NCBI GenBank assembly: GCA_047404135.1
Contig: JBDOIT010000006.1
Location: forward strand, 10,953 to 74,952
Direction: 5' to 3'
DNA from: Rickettsiales bacterium
GTDB lineage: Bacteria; Pseudomonadota; Alphaproteobacteria; Rickettsiales; JABSSG01
DNA: 64,000 bases
The notes beneath the pieces were generated by a model. It did no database searches. It was not told the origin of the DNA and saw only the letters and a program-made list of their open reading frames with translations. This document shows, in pieces, positions 9,766 through 19,643 of this stretch (positions are counted from its first letter, which is position 1; each line of letters begins with the position of its first letter). A program made the position numbers and the translations under genes.

Positions 9766-10368
9766 ATGACAAATAAAGATACGGGTAATAAAAAAACATC
9801 TCAAACAATAGATGATATTATTTCTACTCTCTGTAAGAAATACGACTCAAAGCATCTAGAAGAAGACATCTTAGCTTTATTTGAGGATATCATAGAGTTT
9901 TTCTCTGGCAGAGAAGAGGAATTCATTGATTTTGATTCAATATCTATGGATCAAAAAGAACAAATATACAATGAAATCATTACGATAATAAACCTTATAA
10001 GGAAACTAGGTAAATCTGCTGATAGATCAGAAATAATGAAAATTCTTAGTAAGAACCTGATAAAGAGCTTCAAAAAAAACTCCAAAAGTTTTGCTGTCAC
10101 ACAAAAAGAAACATCCGATAGAGAGGAAGAAAGAATAAAGCAAGAATTCACCACCATCACCTTGCAAGAATTATATAAGGAAAAGAAAGAAATGTTAGGT
10201 AAAGGCAATAACAGAGAATATAAAAAAGAAGAACTGAGTAACCTAGAGAAGATGGTAAAAGAAATCAAAAAAAGTGGAGTAACCTTCTCAGATAGATTTC
10301 AGAAATCTAACCCCGCAAAAAAGATATCCTCCTCAAAAGGAAAAACACATTCAAGGAGACATTTCTAG
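9766..10368 (+). CDS. Hypothetical Lys/Glu-rich protein with a basic C-terminal tail
   Basis: Clean 200-aa ORF in an intergenic-sized slot. No motif recognised. The C-terminus is KKISSSKGKTHSRRHF. The 3' end overlaps xthA by 18 nt (convergent). Confidence 0.5.
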   Translation: MTNKDTGNKKTSQTIDDIISTLCKKYDSKHLEEDILALFEDIIEFFSGREEEFIDFDSISMDQKEQIYNEIITIINLIRKLGKSADRSEIMKILSKNLIKSFKKNSKSFAVTQKETSDREEERIKQEFTTITLQELYKEKKEMLGKGNNREYKKEELSNLEKMVKEIKKSGVTFSDRFQKSNPAKKISSSKGKTHSRRHF

Positions 10369-11139
10369 CAACACTGGAACATGGTCAGATGGCCTCTTAT
10401 AGTCCCTAAACTCCGTATAAATTTTACACTTTTTACAGTGATTCTTTATACCAGGAGAAGCAAGTATATGATCTAACCTACGACCTTTATTGCATTTCTT
10501 CCAATCTTTATTTCTGTAGCTCCACCAACTAAATATCTTCTCTTCTCTTCTACTCTGCTCCCTCACTATGTCAGAGAACTCAAGAGAGTTCATAAGCTTT
10601 TTAAAATGGAAAGCTTCCATATATGTATGACTCACTACATCCAACAACTGACGGTGAGACCAAACATCACTCTTTCCAGGGGCAATATTAAGATCACCCA
10701 GCAAGATTATCTTATCTTCCTTTGACCTATATCTTCTAAACCATTCTGCTGCATGATCCACATAGTCTAGCTTATGCTTAAATTTTGAGTTAGTATCAGG
10801 ACAAGGAGTGTCTCCTCCTGCAGGTACATAGAAATTATGTATTTCTACTCCAGACCCAGTCATCACAGAAATATGGCGAGATTGTTCGTTCACAAACAGC
10901 AGCCTGTCTACTTCAGTAATTGCAACTTTTGAAAGTACAGCAACACCATTATATGATTTCTCGCCTCGAACAACCCTGTATGCAAACCCCATCTGTTGCA
11001 TTTCCTTATGCGGAAAAGAGTCATCTGTTACCTTTGTTTCTTGCAGGCATAAAATATCAGGATTATGTTGCCTAACAAATTCTTTAATTATGTCCAACCT
11101 AATTCTTATAGAATTGATATTCCAGGTAACAATTCTCAT
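10351..11139 (-). CDS. xthA: Exodeoxyribonuclease III (AP endonuclease)
   Basis: MRIVTWNINSIR..., LCLQETK, C-terminal SDHVPVLLEM. 262 aa. Confidence 0.9.
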   Translation of the reverse strand: MRIVTWNINSIRIRLDIIKEFVRQHNPDILCLQETKVTDDSFPHKEMQQMGFAYRVVRGEKSYNGVAVLSKVAITEVDRLLFVNEQSRHISVMTGSGVEIHNFYVPAGGDTPCPDTNSKFKHKLDYVDHAAEWFRRYRSKEDKIILLGDLNIAPGKSDVWSHRQLLDVVSHTYMEAFHFKKLMNSLEFSDIVREQSRREEKIFSWWSYRNKDWKKCNKGRRLDHILASPGIKNHCKKCKIYTEFRDYKRPSDHVPVLLEMSP

Positions 11140-12641
11140 AATATCTGCTGAATCAGAAAAATAGCACCATATAACAAAGCTGTACCAAACGCTATTTTCA
11201 TAAAGCCACTATAGTTACTTTTCTTATCTTTAATTTCTTGTTTCTCTTTATTCTGATTCTTTATAAATTGCATTAAATCACTTTTTACAAAATCCACAAT
11301 CTCTTCAAACGAATCCATCACTGTAGCATCAAAGCCAGTATTTTTCTGAGACCATTTTTCCACCCAAGGCTCTGCGACTTCCCAAACATTAGCATTTTTG
11401 TCCAATTGAGATACAAGCCCCTCCAATACAACTGTTGTCTTTTGAACTAGAATAAGCTGCGGCTGAACAGGCATATTAAAATCTCTTGTTACCTTGAACA
11501 AGCTGGATAAAAGCCTTCCTATAGAGATTCTACCAGAAGCTACCCCAACAATAGGCTCCCCTATGGCTCTGCATGCTTGAGAAAATTCCCCTTCACTGTA
11601 TATACTATCTACATATCCAGCTCTCAAATGAACCTTTGCAACATAATCATAATCCCTGGTAAGAAAGCCTTTTAAAATTGCAGAAAGATATAGTTTTGTC
11701 TTTTTATCTAACCTACCCATTATTCCGAAATCAATCAGAGCTATGTCTCCATTATCCTTTACCAATACGTTTCCTGGGTGTAGATCCGCATGAAAGAATC
11801 CGTCACGGTAAGCTTCGTTCAAAAATAAATACGTTAGATTCTTTATTACCTTTCCCATATTGATTTTTTTCTTTTTGAGCTTCTCTACATTATTAATAGG
11901 AACCCCCTCAATCCACTCTATTGTGATGATAGAATGAGATGTTGTGTTCCAAAAAACCTTAGGAATCTGAACACCGAGATCATCTGTATGGTTATCATGC
12001 AACTCCGAAGCTGCAGCTGCCTCTAAAGTCAGGTCCATTTCTGATTCCATACTGGATTCAAATGAACGGACCACCTCTACCAATCTCAATCTTTTGAATC
12101 TTTTAAACCTTTTATCTAAGATTTTTGCACCCCATAGAAATAGATCTATATCTTTCTTGAACTCCTCTTTTATTCCGGGCTTCAGAAATTTTACCGCAAC
12201 TTTTTCTCCACTCAACATTTCTGCTTTAAACACCTCAGCAACAGATGCAGCTGCAACAGGAGAATCAGAGATTTTTTTAAATAAAGAATTTATATCCTGC
12301 CCAAATTCTCTTTCCAATAATCCCACTGCATCCTCTTTTTTCAGAACAGGTTCCATACTATCTTGTAGCCCTGATAGATCCTTGGCTATTTCTTGCCCTA
12401 TCAAATCTCCTCGAGTTGCTATTGTTTGGCCAAATTTTATAAAAAAAGGCCCTAGATTTTCAAGAACAGATCTTATCCTCTCTCCTTTAGAGTATTTACT
12501 AGGAACAATAGAGAATACATTAGCAGGCCACTTAAGAACCCTTGGGCATAGCTTCAAATCCAAAAGTACAAATAACGAATTATGCCTCAATAAAGTACCT
12601 GTGATACACATAATACGCAAAAGGTGTATTGCAGATTTCAT
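11136..12641 (-). CDS. ubiB: Ubiquinone biosynthesis protein UbiB (ABC1/ADCK atypical kinase)
   Basis: ABC1 domain (AAASVAEVFKA...VAVKFLKPGI), HADLHPGNVLV, DFGIMG, C-terminal TM. 4-nt overlaps with ubiE upstream and xthA downstream. Confidence 0.88.
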   Translation of the reverse strand: MKSAIHLLRIMCITGTLLRHNSLFVLLDLKLCPRVLKWPANVFSIVPSKYSKGERIRSVLENLGPFFIKFGQTIATRGDLIGQEIAKDLSGLQDSMEPVLKKEDAVGLLEREFGQDINSLFKKISDSPVAAASVAEVFKAEMLSGEKVAVKFLKPGIKEEFKKDIDLFLWGAKILDKRFKRFKRLRLVEVVRSFESSMESEMDLTLEAAAASELHDNHTDDLGVQIPKVFWNTTSHSIITIEWIEGVPINNVEKLKKKKINMGKVIKNLTYLFLNEAYRDGFFHADLHPGNVLVKDNGDIALIDFGIMGRLDKKTKLYLSAILKGFLTRDYDYVAKVHLRAGYVDSIYSEGEFSQACRAIGEPIVGVASGRISIGRLLSSLFKVTRDFNMPVQPQLILVQKTTVVLEGLVSQLDKNANVWEVAEPWVEKWSQKNTGFDATVMDSFEEIVDFVKSDLMQFIKNQNKEKQEIKDKKSNYSGFMKIAFGTALLYGAIFLIQQIL

Positions 12642-13393
12642 AACTTATAACCCCAATGAATACAAACAACACCAGAAGTCATGGATTTGTAACTGGCAGA
12701 CTCAAACCCAGAATCTTCAATCATCCTCCTGAATTGATCCTTCTTAGGGAACTTTTTTATACTCTCTACCAAATACTGGTACGCCTCTTCATTGTTCGTA
12801 ATAAATTTACCTATTTTAGGTATTATATTAAAAGAATACAATTCATATAAATTAGATACGATTCCTTTTTCAAGAGGTGAAAATTCTAAACATAGAAATT
12901 TACCACCCTTTTTTAGAACTCTTTTAAACTCTCCCAAAGCGCGCTTTATTTCAGGAACATTTCTAATGCCAAAAGCTATTGTTACATAATCAAATGATTC
13001 ATCCTCAAACGGCAAAGCCGTAGCATCCGCTGCCGTAAAATCTATGCCCGTTACAATGCTCTTATCTATAGACTTTGACTTTGCATGTTTGAGCATATCA
13101 GGATTCACATCAGAGGCGACTATTTGAGGAAATATCCCCCTATCACGAGCACTCTTATAGTATCCCAAAGATATATCTCCGCTGCCTGCAGCTACATCTA
13201 ATAACTTACCTGAAAAATCTGGAATTTTCTTTAGGAATTCTCTTTTCCAAACTCTATGTATTCCCAAACTCATTAGGTCATTCATGAGGTCATATTTATC
13301 TGCAACCCCTGAAAAAACAGAATCTACAAGAGACTGTTTCTCAGAATAAAGAATCTTCCGAAATCCAAAATTTGTATATTTTTGATCTGACAT
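12638..13393 (-). CDS. ubiE: Ubiquinone/menaquinone C-methyltransferase UbiE
   Basis: YDLMNDLMSLGIHRVWKR signature and SAM motif LLDVAAGSGDIS. 251 aa. Confidence 0.9.
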   Translation of the reverse strand: MSDQKYTNFGFRKILYSEKQSLVDSVFSGVADKYDLMNDLMSLGIHRVWKREFLKKIPDFSGKLLDVAAGSGDISLGYYKSARDRGIFPQIVASDVNPDMLKHAKSKSIDKSIVTGIDFTAADATALPFEDESFDYVTIAFGIRNVPEIKRALGEFKRVLKKGGKFLCLEFSPLEKGIVSNLYELYSFNIIPKIGKFITNNEEAYQYLVESIKKFPKKDQFRRMIEDSGFESASYKSMTSGVVCIHWGYKL

Positions 13394-13400
13394 TTTTAAA

Positions 13401-14282
13401 CTACGTACGAACCTTTCTCTTTAGTAAACTTTCATACAGAACGAATAAAGTTGCAATAATTATTATTGCAGCACCCGATATAATACTGGAATCCATAATC
13501 TCATTGAAGAAAATATATCCCATCGCAGCAGAGAACAACAATTCTGTGTATCTATATGGTGCCACCGCAGAAGCATCAATAAGCGCAAACGACTTTAACA
13601 AGCAGTATAAGATTAGATTTGCAACTATTCCTAAGGCCAGAAAAACAAGAAGGTGATGAATAGAAACGGGCTTCCATACGTATAGCGCAGGCATTAAACT
13701 TAATAATGTTGTGAATATATTAGAGTAAAACAACATACTAATAGTTGATTCGTCACTGACAAACTTCTTATTTATCACATCAAGCAGTGCAAACATAAAC
13801 GCGCTAAGCACCAATACCAAAGACATTATTTCAAACCCCATCGAAGTAGGGTTGGTTCCCACAACTATACCAACAAAGCCCAATAAGGTTGCAACCACCC
13901 TCAACATACTGAACTTTTCTTTTAAGAATGCCACAGCAAGAATTGCAACAAAAATCGGAATAGTGAAGTTAATTGTAGTTGCCAAAGAAATTTTTACAAC
14001 ATTTAATCCCATACACCAAAACGAGATGCCTCCAAATAATAATGCGCCACGTATAAAATGCAGAGGCAACCTAGATGTAGAGAAGGACGCTTTATTTAGA
14101 TACAGCCAAGGTAGCATAGATATTGTAGCAAATAAAAACCTCAGGAACACCACCTGGTATGGATGAAAACTAGACCCTAGATATTTCATCATCACATCGC
14201 CAGAACTACTAACCAGCAAACTGGTTATAAACCATGTGATTCCCTTAAAATTCTTCTGATAGTCATTCATATAAAGCCTCAA
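13401..14282 (-). CDS. EamA/DMT family transporter, resembling the Rickettsia S-adenosylmethionine carrier
   Basis: About 10 TM helices in two EamA halves. The segment LDVINKKFVSDESTISMLFYS...DASAVAPYRYTELL matches my recollection of the Rickettsia Sam (RP076-type) carrier. Not verified by alignment. Confidence 0.7.
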   Translation of the reverse strand: MRLYMNDYQKNFKGITWFITSLLVSSSGDVMMKYLGSSFHPYQVVFLRFLFATISMLPWLYLNKASFSTSRLPLHFIRGALLFGGISFWCMGLNVVKISLATTINFTIPIFVAILAVAFLKEKFSMLRVVATLLGFVGIVVGTNPTSMGFEIMSLVLVLSAFMFALLDVINKKFVSDESTISMLFYSNIFTTLLSLMPALYVWKPVSIHHLLVFLALGIVANLILYCLLKSFALIDASAVAPYRYTELLFSAAMGYIFFNEIMDSSIISGAAIIIIATLFVLYESLLKRKVRT

Positions 14283-15421
14283 AAAATAGATTCTTTCTTC
14301 GTTTCCTCCGCAGAAGTCTGACTAAACGGATCAATATTTTTTATATAAGCAAAGATTATAACTTCTAGCATCATACCCATAAAAAACTCTGCAATAAACC
14401 CTTCGTTCGCATTTTTTGTAGAAATGATCCTAATACTTTTATCTTTATTTTTTAAACCCTCAAGATCAAGCATTCTCTGCCTTTCTGATATTTCAGAGAG
14501 GTTGACTCCTAATTTTTTGCTCTGATTATCATCTAAAAAAAATACTGTAAAAAAATTGTTACTTGAATCATCTAAATGTCGTTCTAATTGGCTATCGCGA
14601 TGCTTTACCGAAATACGCTTCATACTCTTATAATTCTCAGACAAGCTCTCTGAAACAAGATGAATATACCAAAGATTCATTCCTTCAAAGGTGTCTCCGT
14701 AATCTATAAGCACATTATTATAGCATTTCTGGCTCATAGATAAATGATAAGACACCCCTTTCATTACCCAAGAATCCGATTCTATTATATTAGGGAAAAC
14801 ATTATGAACATTAGATATGATTTTGTCTACGTCAAATCCCGCAAGAGAAGCGGATAAAAATCCAATAGATGTAAATAAAGCAAACCGCCCCTCCATAGAA
14901 GAATGTCTAACTATGGTTGAATTCAGATTTTGTGCAATTTTCAATAAAGGGCTTTCTTTCAACTCCGTTATAAAGAAAAACCTAGAAGCAATACCATCAG
15001 TATGTTTGTCTCCTTGCATCCAATCTATCATGCGATTAGTAAGATCAATAGTCTCGATTGTTTTACCAGATTTACTAATTAATAAAACGCATGTATTTAT
15101 TTTATCTAGATCATTCAGGGATTTTTCCACACAATCCTGCGAAGACAAGAATACAACATTTAGCTTAGAGTTACCCAAACCAAATAATGTTCTAGGTATA
15201 GATTGAGATGCACTAGTTCCTATGATTACTATGTTCCTGAAAGACAATTGTATTTTCTCTGAAACTTTTTTTACTAACGAAAGATCTTCCTCGGTTTCGT
15301 CTGACAACACTAAAGAACGAGGATCAGCCTCAAAAAGCTCTCTCCTTGAGGCCTCTACTAATTCTTTGTAGTTTGTATCGACTTCATCGCTTAGTGTGAA
15401 CTCTTGTACTACAAAAGACAA
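14279..15421 (-). CDS. Glucose-6-phosphate isomerase-like (SIS/PGI fold) protein, short and motif-degenerate
   Basis: PGI-like ISKSGKTIETI is present. Other PGI signatures are altered: IGTSASQ for IGIGGSxLG, EGRFALFTSIGFL for GGRYS, HRDSQLERHL for DQHSQLQL. 380 aa. Confidence 0.55.
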   Translation of the reverse strand: MSFVVQEFTLSDEVDTNYKELVEASRRELFEADPRSLVLSDETEEDLSLVKKVSEKIQLSFRNIVIIGTSASQSIPRTLFGLGNSKLNVVFLSSQDCVEKSLNDLDKINTCVLLISKSGKTIETIDLTNRMIDWMQGDKHTDGIASRFFFITELKESPLLKIAQNLNSTIVRHSSMEGRFALFTSIGFLSASLAGFDVDKIISNVHNVFPNIIESDSWVMKGVSYHLSMSQKCYNNVLIDYGDTFEGMNLWYIHLVSESLSENYKSMKRISVKHRDSQLERHLDDSSNNFFTVFFLDDNQSKKLGVNLSEISERQRMLDLEGLKNKDKSIRIISTKNANEGFIAEFFMGMMLEVIIFAYIKNIDPFSQTSAEETKKESIF

Positions 15422-15422
15422 T

Positions 15423-16829
15423 TTAGTAACCTGTAAGAATTCTATCTACTAGCTGCTTTACTGTGGGAACAAATCCATTTTTATAAAAATCATCCGTTGC
15501 AAAACGGTAAGCATTATGCCCAGAGAACATCAACTGGTTATCAACATCCCCTTCTCTCACAATATGGTTTAGTGTTTTTTGTATACAAAAGCTTCGAGGA
15601 TCCGCTTTATAACCAGTCGTAAAATCACCTTTATCACGCCAATTACTGAATCTACACGCACTCAAACAACCCATACAATCGACTTGATCTTTAACTATCT
15701 CTCTAGATTTTTCAGGCGTAGCAAAGATCACTGTAGAATCCGGGGTTTTCATAGCTTCAGTAAAACCTTGATCTTTCCATGCTGATGCTTTTTGTGCATC
15801 TTGAGATGCAACATAAATCAGTCTCCCCCTTTTACCGAACGGCATCTCTGTTGTTCTTCCTGACTCAGAATCAGAATAAGTAGAGTAAGGAATTTGTCTT
15901 TTATTTCTTTCATCCAGCTCAACAATAAAATTGTTACGTACAGCTGAAGAATAAAAACCCGTAGGGCTGAATCTATTAAGGAAAACATCCCCTTCTTTCA
16001 AAGTAAGGAGCCTTTGTTTCCATTCATCTAGCACAGGGCTTTCTTGTGTAATAATAGGCCTTGTTCCAAACTGGAATGCTATTTTTCCAATCTCCTTATT
16101 ATCCAACCAATGTTCCCATTCTTTTAGATGCCATACCCCACCGGCCATAATAATAGGAACCTCTTGTAAATTCACTTCGTTCATGAATTTTCTTAGCTCT
16201 GCTACTCGATGATATGGATCTTGGAATACAGTTGGATCTTCGTTGTTAGAAAGGCCATTATGTCCACCTGCCTTCCACGGGTCTTCATATACAACACCAC
16301 CAAGTAACTGATAAGACTTACTGTACGATCTTTTCCATAATGCACGAAAAGCTCTCATGGAAGAAACAATTGGGTAATAGTAAACTTGATGTTTCTCTGA
16401 TATTTCAGCTAATTTATAAGGCATCCCTGCACCACAGGTTACGCCATTCACTAATCCTTTAGCTCCTTCTAAAATACCCTCTAGAATCCTTTGAGCTCCA
16501 CCCATTTCCCATAATATATTTATATGTATAGAGCCTTTTCCTCCGGACATCTCGTGGGCGATTTTTGCCTGAGCAATACCTCCTTCTACACCCATCTTTA
16601 TAAGCTCTTCATGGCGCTCTTTTCTGGTTTTTCCTTTGTAGACTATGTCTTTTCTTGAGCCATCTGCATTGTAACTTTCCGCATTTGCCCCAGAAAATGT
16701 TCCAACAGCTCCAGCAGCAGCAAAAGCACCTGATGAAGCGCCAGAACTTACGCCAACACCTTTCCCACCCTCAATAATTGGATAAACTTCTTTACCAGAA
16801 ATTTTAACAGAACCTAACTTCAAAGACAT
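15423..16829 (-). CDS. NAD(P)H-dependent flavin oxidoreductase of the nitronate monooxygenase / 2-nitropropane dioxygenase family (long form)
   Basis: TIM-barrel NMO-like pattern (IIEGGKGVGVS..., GVTCGAGMP, IIMAGGV). 468 aa with a Cys-containing C-terminal extension. Confidence 0.7.
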   Translation of the reverse strand: MSLKLGSVKISGKEVYPIIEGGKGVGVSSGASSGAFAAAGAVGTFSGANAESYNADGSRKDIVYKGKTRKERHEELIKMGVEGGIAQAKIAHEMSGGKGSIHINILWEMGGAQRILEGILEGAKGLVNGVTCGAGMPYKLAEISEKHQVYYYPIVSSMRAFRALWKRSYSKSYQLLGGVVYEDPWKAGGHNGLSNNEDPTVFQDPYHRVAELRKFMNEVNLQEVPIIMAGGVWHLKEWEHWLDNKEIGKIAFQFGTRPIITQESPVLDEWKQRLLTLKEGDVFLNRFSPTGFYSSAVRNNFIVELDERNKRQIPYSTYSDSESGRTTEMPFGKRGRLIYVASQDAQKASAWKDQGFTEAMKTPDSTVIFATPEKSREIVKDQVDCMGCLSACRFSNWRDKGDFTTGYKADPRSFCIQKTLNHIVREGDVDNQLMFSGHNAYRFATDDFYKNGFVPTVKQLVDRILTGY

Positions 16830-16895
16830 CTTTTTTTTTATAAGTTACACGACAATATATATCTACTCTTCAACCCATGCTACTGTTTTTTTAAA

Positions 16896-19637
16896 TTATA
16901 GCTTTTTCCATGTGTCTCCAACACTCACATTTACCAATAATGGCACAGAAATATCCATTGTATTTTCCATTTGTTCTTTTAATAAATGCGATGCTGACTC
17001 TACATCTTGGTCCATTACCTCAAATAACAATTCATCATGTATCTGTAGGATCAAATTGCAGTTCAATTTATTTTTAGTAAGAGTTTTGGAAACCAGGACC
17101 ATAGCCCTTCTCATAATATCCGAGCTACTACCTTGTATAGGAAAATTAATTGCAGCCCTTTCAGCAAAAGAGCGCAATAAGTGATCTTTCGAATTTATAT
17201 TTTTAACATAGCATTTACGGTTCATTATAGTCTTCACATACCCATGCTCCCTAGCAGACTCTTTAGATCTTTTCATAAACACAAGAATCTCAGGGTACCT
17301 TTCGAAATATTTTTCTATATACCTTTTTGCTTCATCCCTTGAAATTTTTATATTTTTGGATAATCCATGCGCACTAATTCCATATATAATTCCAAAGTTT
17401 ATCGCCTTTGCTTTCGATCTCAAATCTTTTGTTACATCCTCCAGACCAACACCAAATATTTCAATCGCTGTCATAGCATGAATATCTATACCTTCTTTGA
17501 ATGCTTTTTTCAGAGACTTAACATTAGCAATCTCCGCAAGAATCCTTAACTCAATCTGCGAATAATCTAGAGCAAGAATCTTATGGCCCTCTTTTGAAAC
17601 AAATGCAGAACGTATTTCATCTGCGAATCTACCTCTCACAGGTATGTTTTGTAGATTAGGATCTAACGAGCTAAATCTTCCTGTAGATGTTAGAGCCAAG
17701 GAAAATGTAGAATGTATTCTATCTTTTGAATGACTAGACTCTACATGGGATACCAAGGTTGAAGTGTATGTGGATTTCATCTTTGTAAGCTTTCTCCATT
17801 CTATAAGTAAATCCGCAATGGTGTGACCATCTGCTTGTAGTTGCTCTAGAGTATCTAAGTTAGTACTGTAACCACCCGATTTCTTTGATTTTTTACGAGG
17901 AACTATCTCCATTTGATTGAACAGAACATCTGCAACTTGTTGAGAAGATGCAATATTAAATTCTGCGCCAGACAGATTGTAGATATCAGAAGATAGAGTA
18001 GCAAGCTCTTTGTCTATTTGTTTCTCTAGATCTATTAGCGCCTCTTTTCTAACCTTGATCCCAGATCTTTCCATTTCAAATACAACCTCCGAAAGAGGTA
18101 AGTCTATTCTTCTGTAATAAGATTGGCTTCCACCTTCTAGAGATTTAACTAACAACTCCTTATATATTTTTCTTATAAAATAAGATTTTTTTGTAACATA
18201 TTGTTTTATTTTTCTTTCATCTAAAGATTCAAGATTATTACGAGATTTAACTAAACCAGAGACTTGCACCCCATCATACTCTTCCAAAAAGAAGTCTGTC
18301 ATCTCAATAAAATTAGTGTTAGATCTACCAGACCCCAAATCATAAGCCATAAGCATTATGTCCTCACAAGAACTAGCAGAACTCCCAATCTCATCTATCA
18401 AATGCCTAAACATCTTGTAGTTCCACAGTATCTTTTTTATAGAGACATCAGATAAGACGTTACTTAACTCCAGGAATAATTCTTTAAGTGTTAAGAAGCC
18501 TATAGATTGCTCTTCTAATAGAGACCCCTGGGTTTTATCTTCTGATATTGGTATATAGTAATAATAACGCTCTTCTATAGTGATAGACACACTGTGAACA
18601 TCGCGAATACTTTTTATATATTCTCTATATTTCAAATTCGGTTGAAGGTAAATTGATATTTCACCATAATATTCTGCCTTTTTTACTACCTCGGATAGAT
18701 CTTTTTTTATTACTTTAATGTTAGATATATTGAAATCATCTTTTTTTCCACTCACTTCCTTAGTATCTTCAACTCCAAAAATATTTTTAGCACGAGATAT
18801 TAATGTTCTAAAATTTTGTGCATGCAAAAAATCCAATAGACTTTTTGAGTCTATCTCCTTAGATTCTAAATCAGAAAACTCTACACCCAACTTCATATCG
18901 CTCTTAAGAGATACTAGTTCCCTAGAAAGCTTTACTAAATCCCTGCTTTCCTTCAAAGACTCCTTTCTTTTCTTCTGAGTAATTTCCTCTATATGCTCAT
19001 AAACACCATCTATATCATCAAATCTATTGAGTAATTCTGCAGCAGTTTTTGGCCCTATCCCAGGAACACCTGGTACATTATCCGAAGAATCTCCCACAAG
19101 AGCCAATAAGTCTCTAATCTTTCCTGGCTTCACGCCATATTTTTCCTCTACTTCTTTCTCACCTATTACCCTTGATTTCATAGCATCATACATCTTAACA
19201 TGGCTATTCACAAGCTGCATGAGATCCTTATCAGAGGAAATTATCAAAACTTCTTCCTCATGATATTTTACCATTTTCGATAATGTAGCAATTATATCAT
19301 CAGCCTCAAACCCGTCTTTCTCTAATATATCTAGATTCAAAGCCCTAGCTGCTTCTCTGACTAAAGAAAACTGGGGAACCAAATCTTCAGGAGGAGGTGG
19401 CCTATTAGCTTTATATTCATCATATAGCTCATGCCTGAACGTTTTTTTTCCTGCATCAAACACCATAACGATGTGAGAAGGTTTCATATCAGAAAGCACC
19501 TTCATCACCATAGAGATGAATCCGTATATGGCACCAACAGGAGTGCCGTCAGATGGTCGCGTAAGCGCTGGCATAGAATGATATGCTCTGAATAGAAAGC
19601 TATATCCATCTATGACTACTAACTTTTTATTGTCCAT
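16896..19637 (-). CDS. polA: DNA polymerase I
   Basis: 5'-nuclease N-terminus (VVIDGYSFLFRAYH). Polymerase motif A LALDYSQIELRILA, motif B RSKAKAINFGIIYG, motif C ILQIHDELLFEV. 913 aa. Confidence 0.95.
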   Translation of the reverse strand: MDNKKLVVIDGYSFLFRAYHSMPALTRPSDGTPVGAIYGFISMVMKVLSDMKPSHIVMVFDAGKKTFRHELYDEYKANRPPPPEDLVPQFSLVREAARALNLDILEKDGFEADDIIATLSKMVKYHEEEVLIISSDKDLMQLVNSHVKMYDAMKSRVIGEKEVEEKYGVKPGKIRDLLALVGDSSDNVPGVPGIGPKTAAELLNRFDDIDGVYEHIEEITQKKRKESLKESRDLVKLSRELVSLKSDMKLGVEFSDLESKEIDSKSLLDFLHAQNFRTLISRAKNIFGVEDTKEVSGKKDDFNISNIKVIKKDLSEVVKKAEYYGEISIYLQPNLKYREYIKSIRDVHSVSITIEERYYYYIPISEDKTQGSLLEEQSIGFLTLKELFLELSNVLSDVSIKKILWNYKMFRHLIDEIGSSASSCEDIMLMAYDLGSGRSNTNFIEMTDFFLEEYDGVQVSGLVKSRNNLESLDERKIKQYVTKKSYFIRKIYKELLVKSLEGGSQSYYRRIDLPLSEVVFEMERSGIKVRKEALIDLEKQIDKELATLSSDIYNLSGAEFNIASSQQVADVLFNQMEIVPRKKSKKSGGYSTNLDTLEQLQADGHTIADLLIEWRKLTKMKSTYTSTLVSHVESSHSKDRIHSTFSLALTSTGRFSSLDPNLQNIPVRGRFADEIRSAFVSKEGHKILALDYSQIELRILAEIANVKSLKKAFKEGIDIHAMTAIEIFGVGLEDVTKDLRSKAKAINFGIIYGISAHGLSKNIKISRDEAKRYIEKYFERYPEILVFMKRSKESAREHGYVKTIMNRKCYVKNINSKDHLLRSFAERAAINFPIQGSSSDIMRRAMVLVSKTLTKNKLNCNLILQIHDELLFEVMDQDVESASHLLKEQMENTMDISVPLLVNVSVGDTWKKL

Positions 19638-19643
19638 ATTTTA

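Noticed and set aside
12094-12732. 212-aa plus-strand ORF antisense to ubiB. Similar long antisense ORFs occur at 28762-29304, 38850-39257, 46547-47113, 54524-55102 and 14817-15206.
   Set aside because: All lie fully inside strongly supported genes on the other strand. They have the Ser/Leu/Phe/Ile-rich low-complexity composition typical of antisense frames of Lys/Glu-rich AT-biased genes, and they show no motifs or RBS context.
16830-16895. T9 homopolymer (16831-16839) upstream of the NMO-like gene as a phase-variation tract
   Set aside because: It lies in the untranslated spacer immediately 5' of the start codon, not in coding sequence. There is no evidence for length polymorphism from a single sequence.
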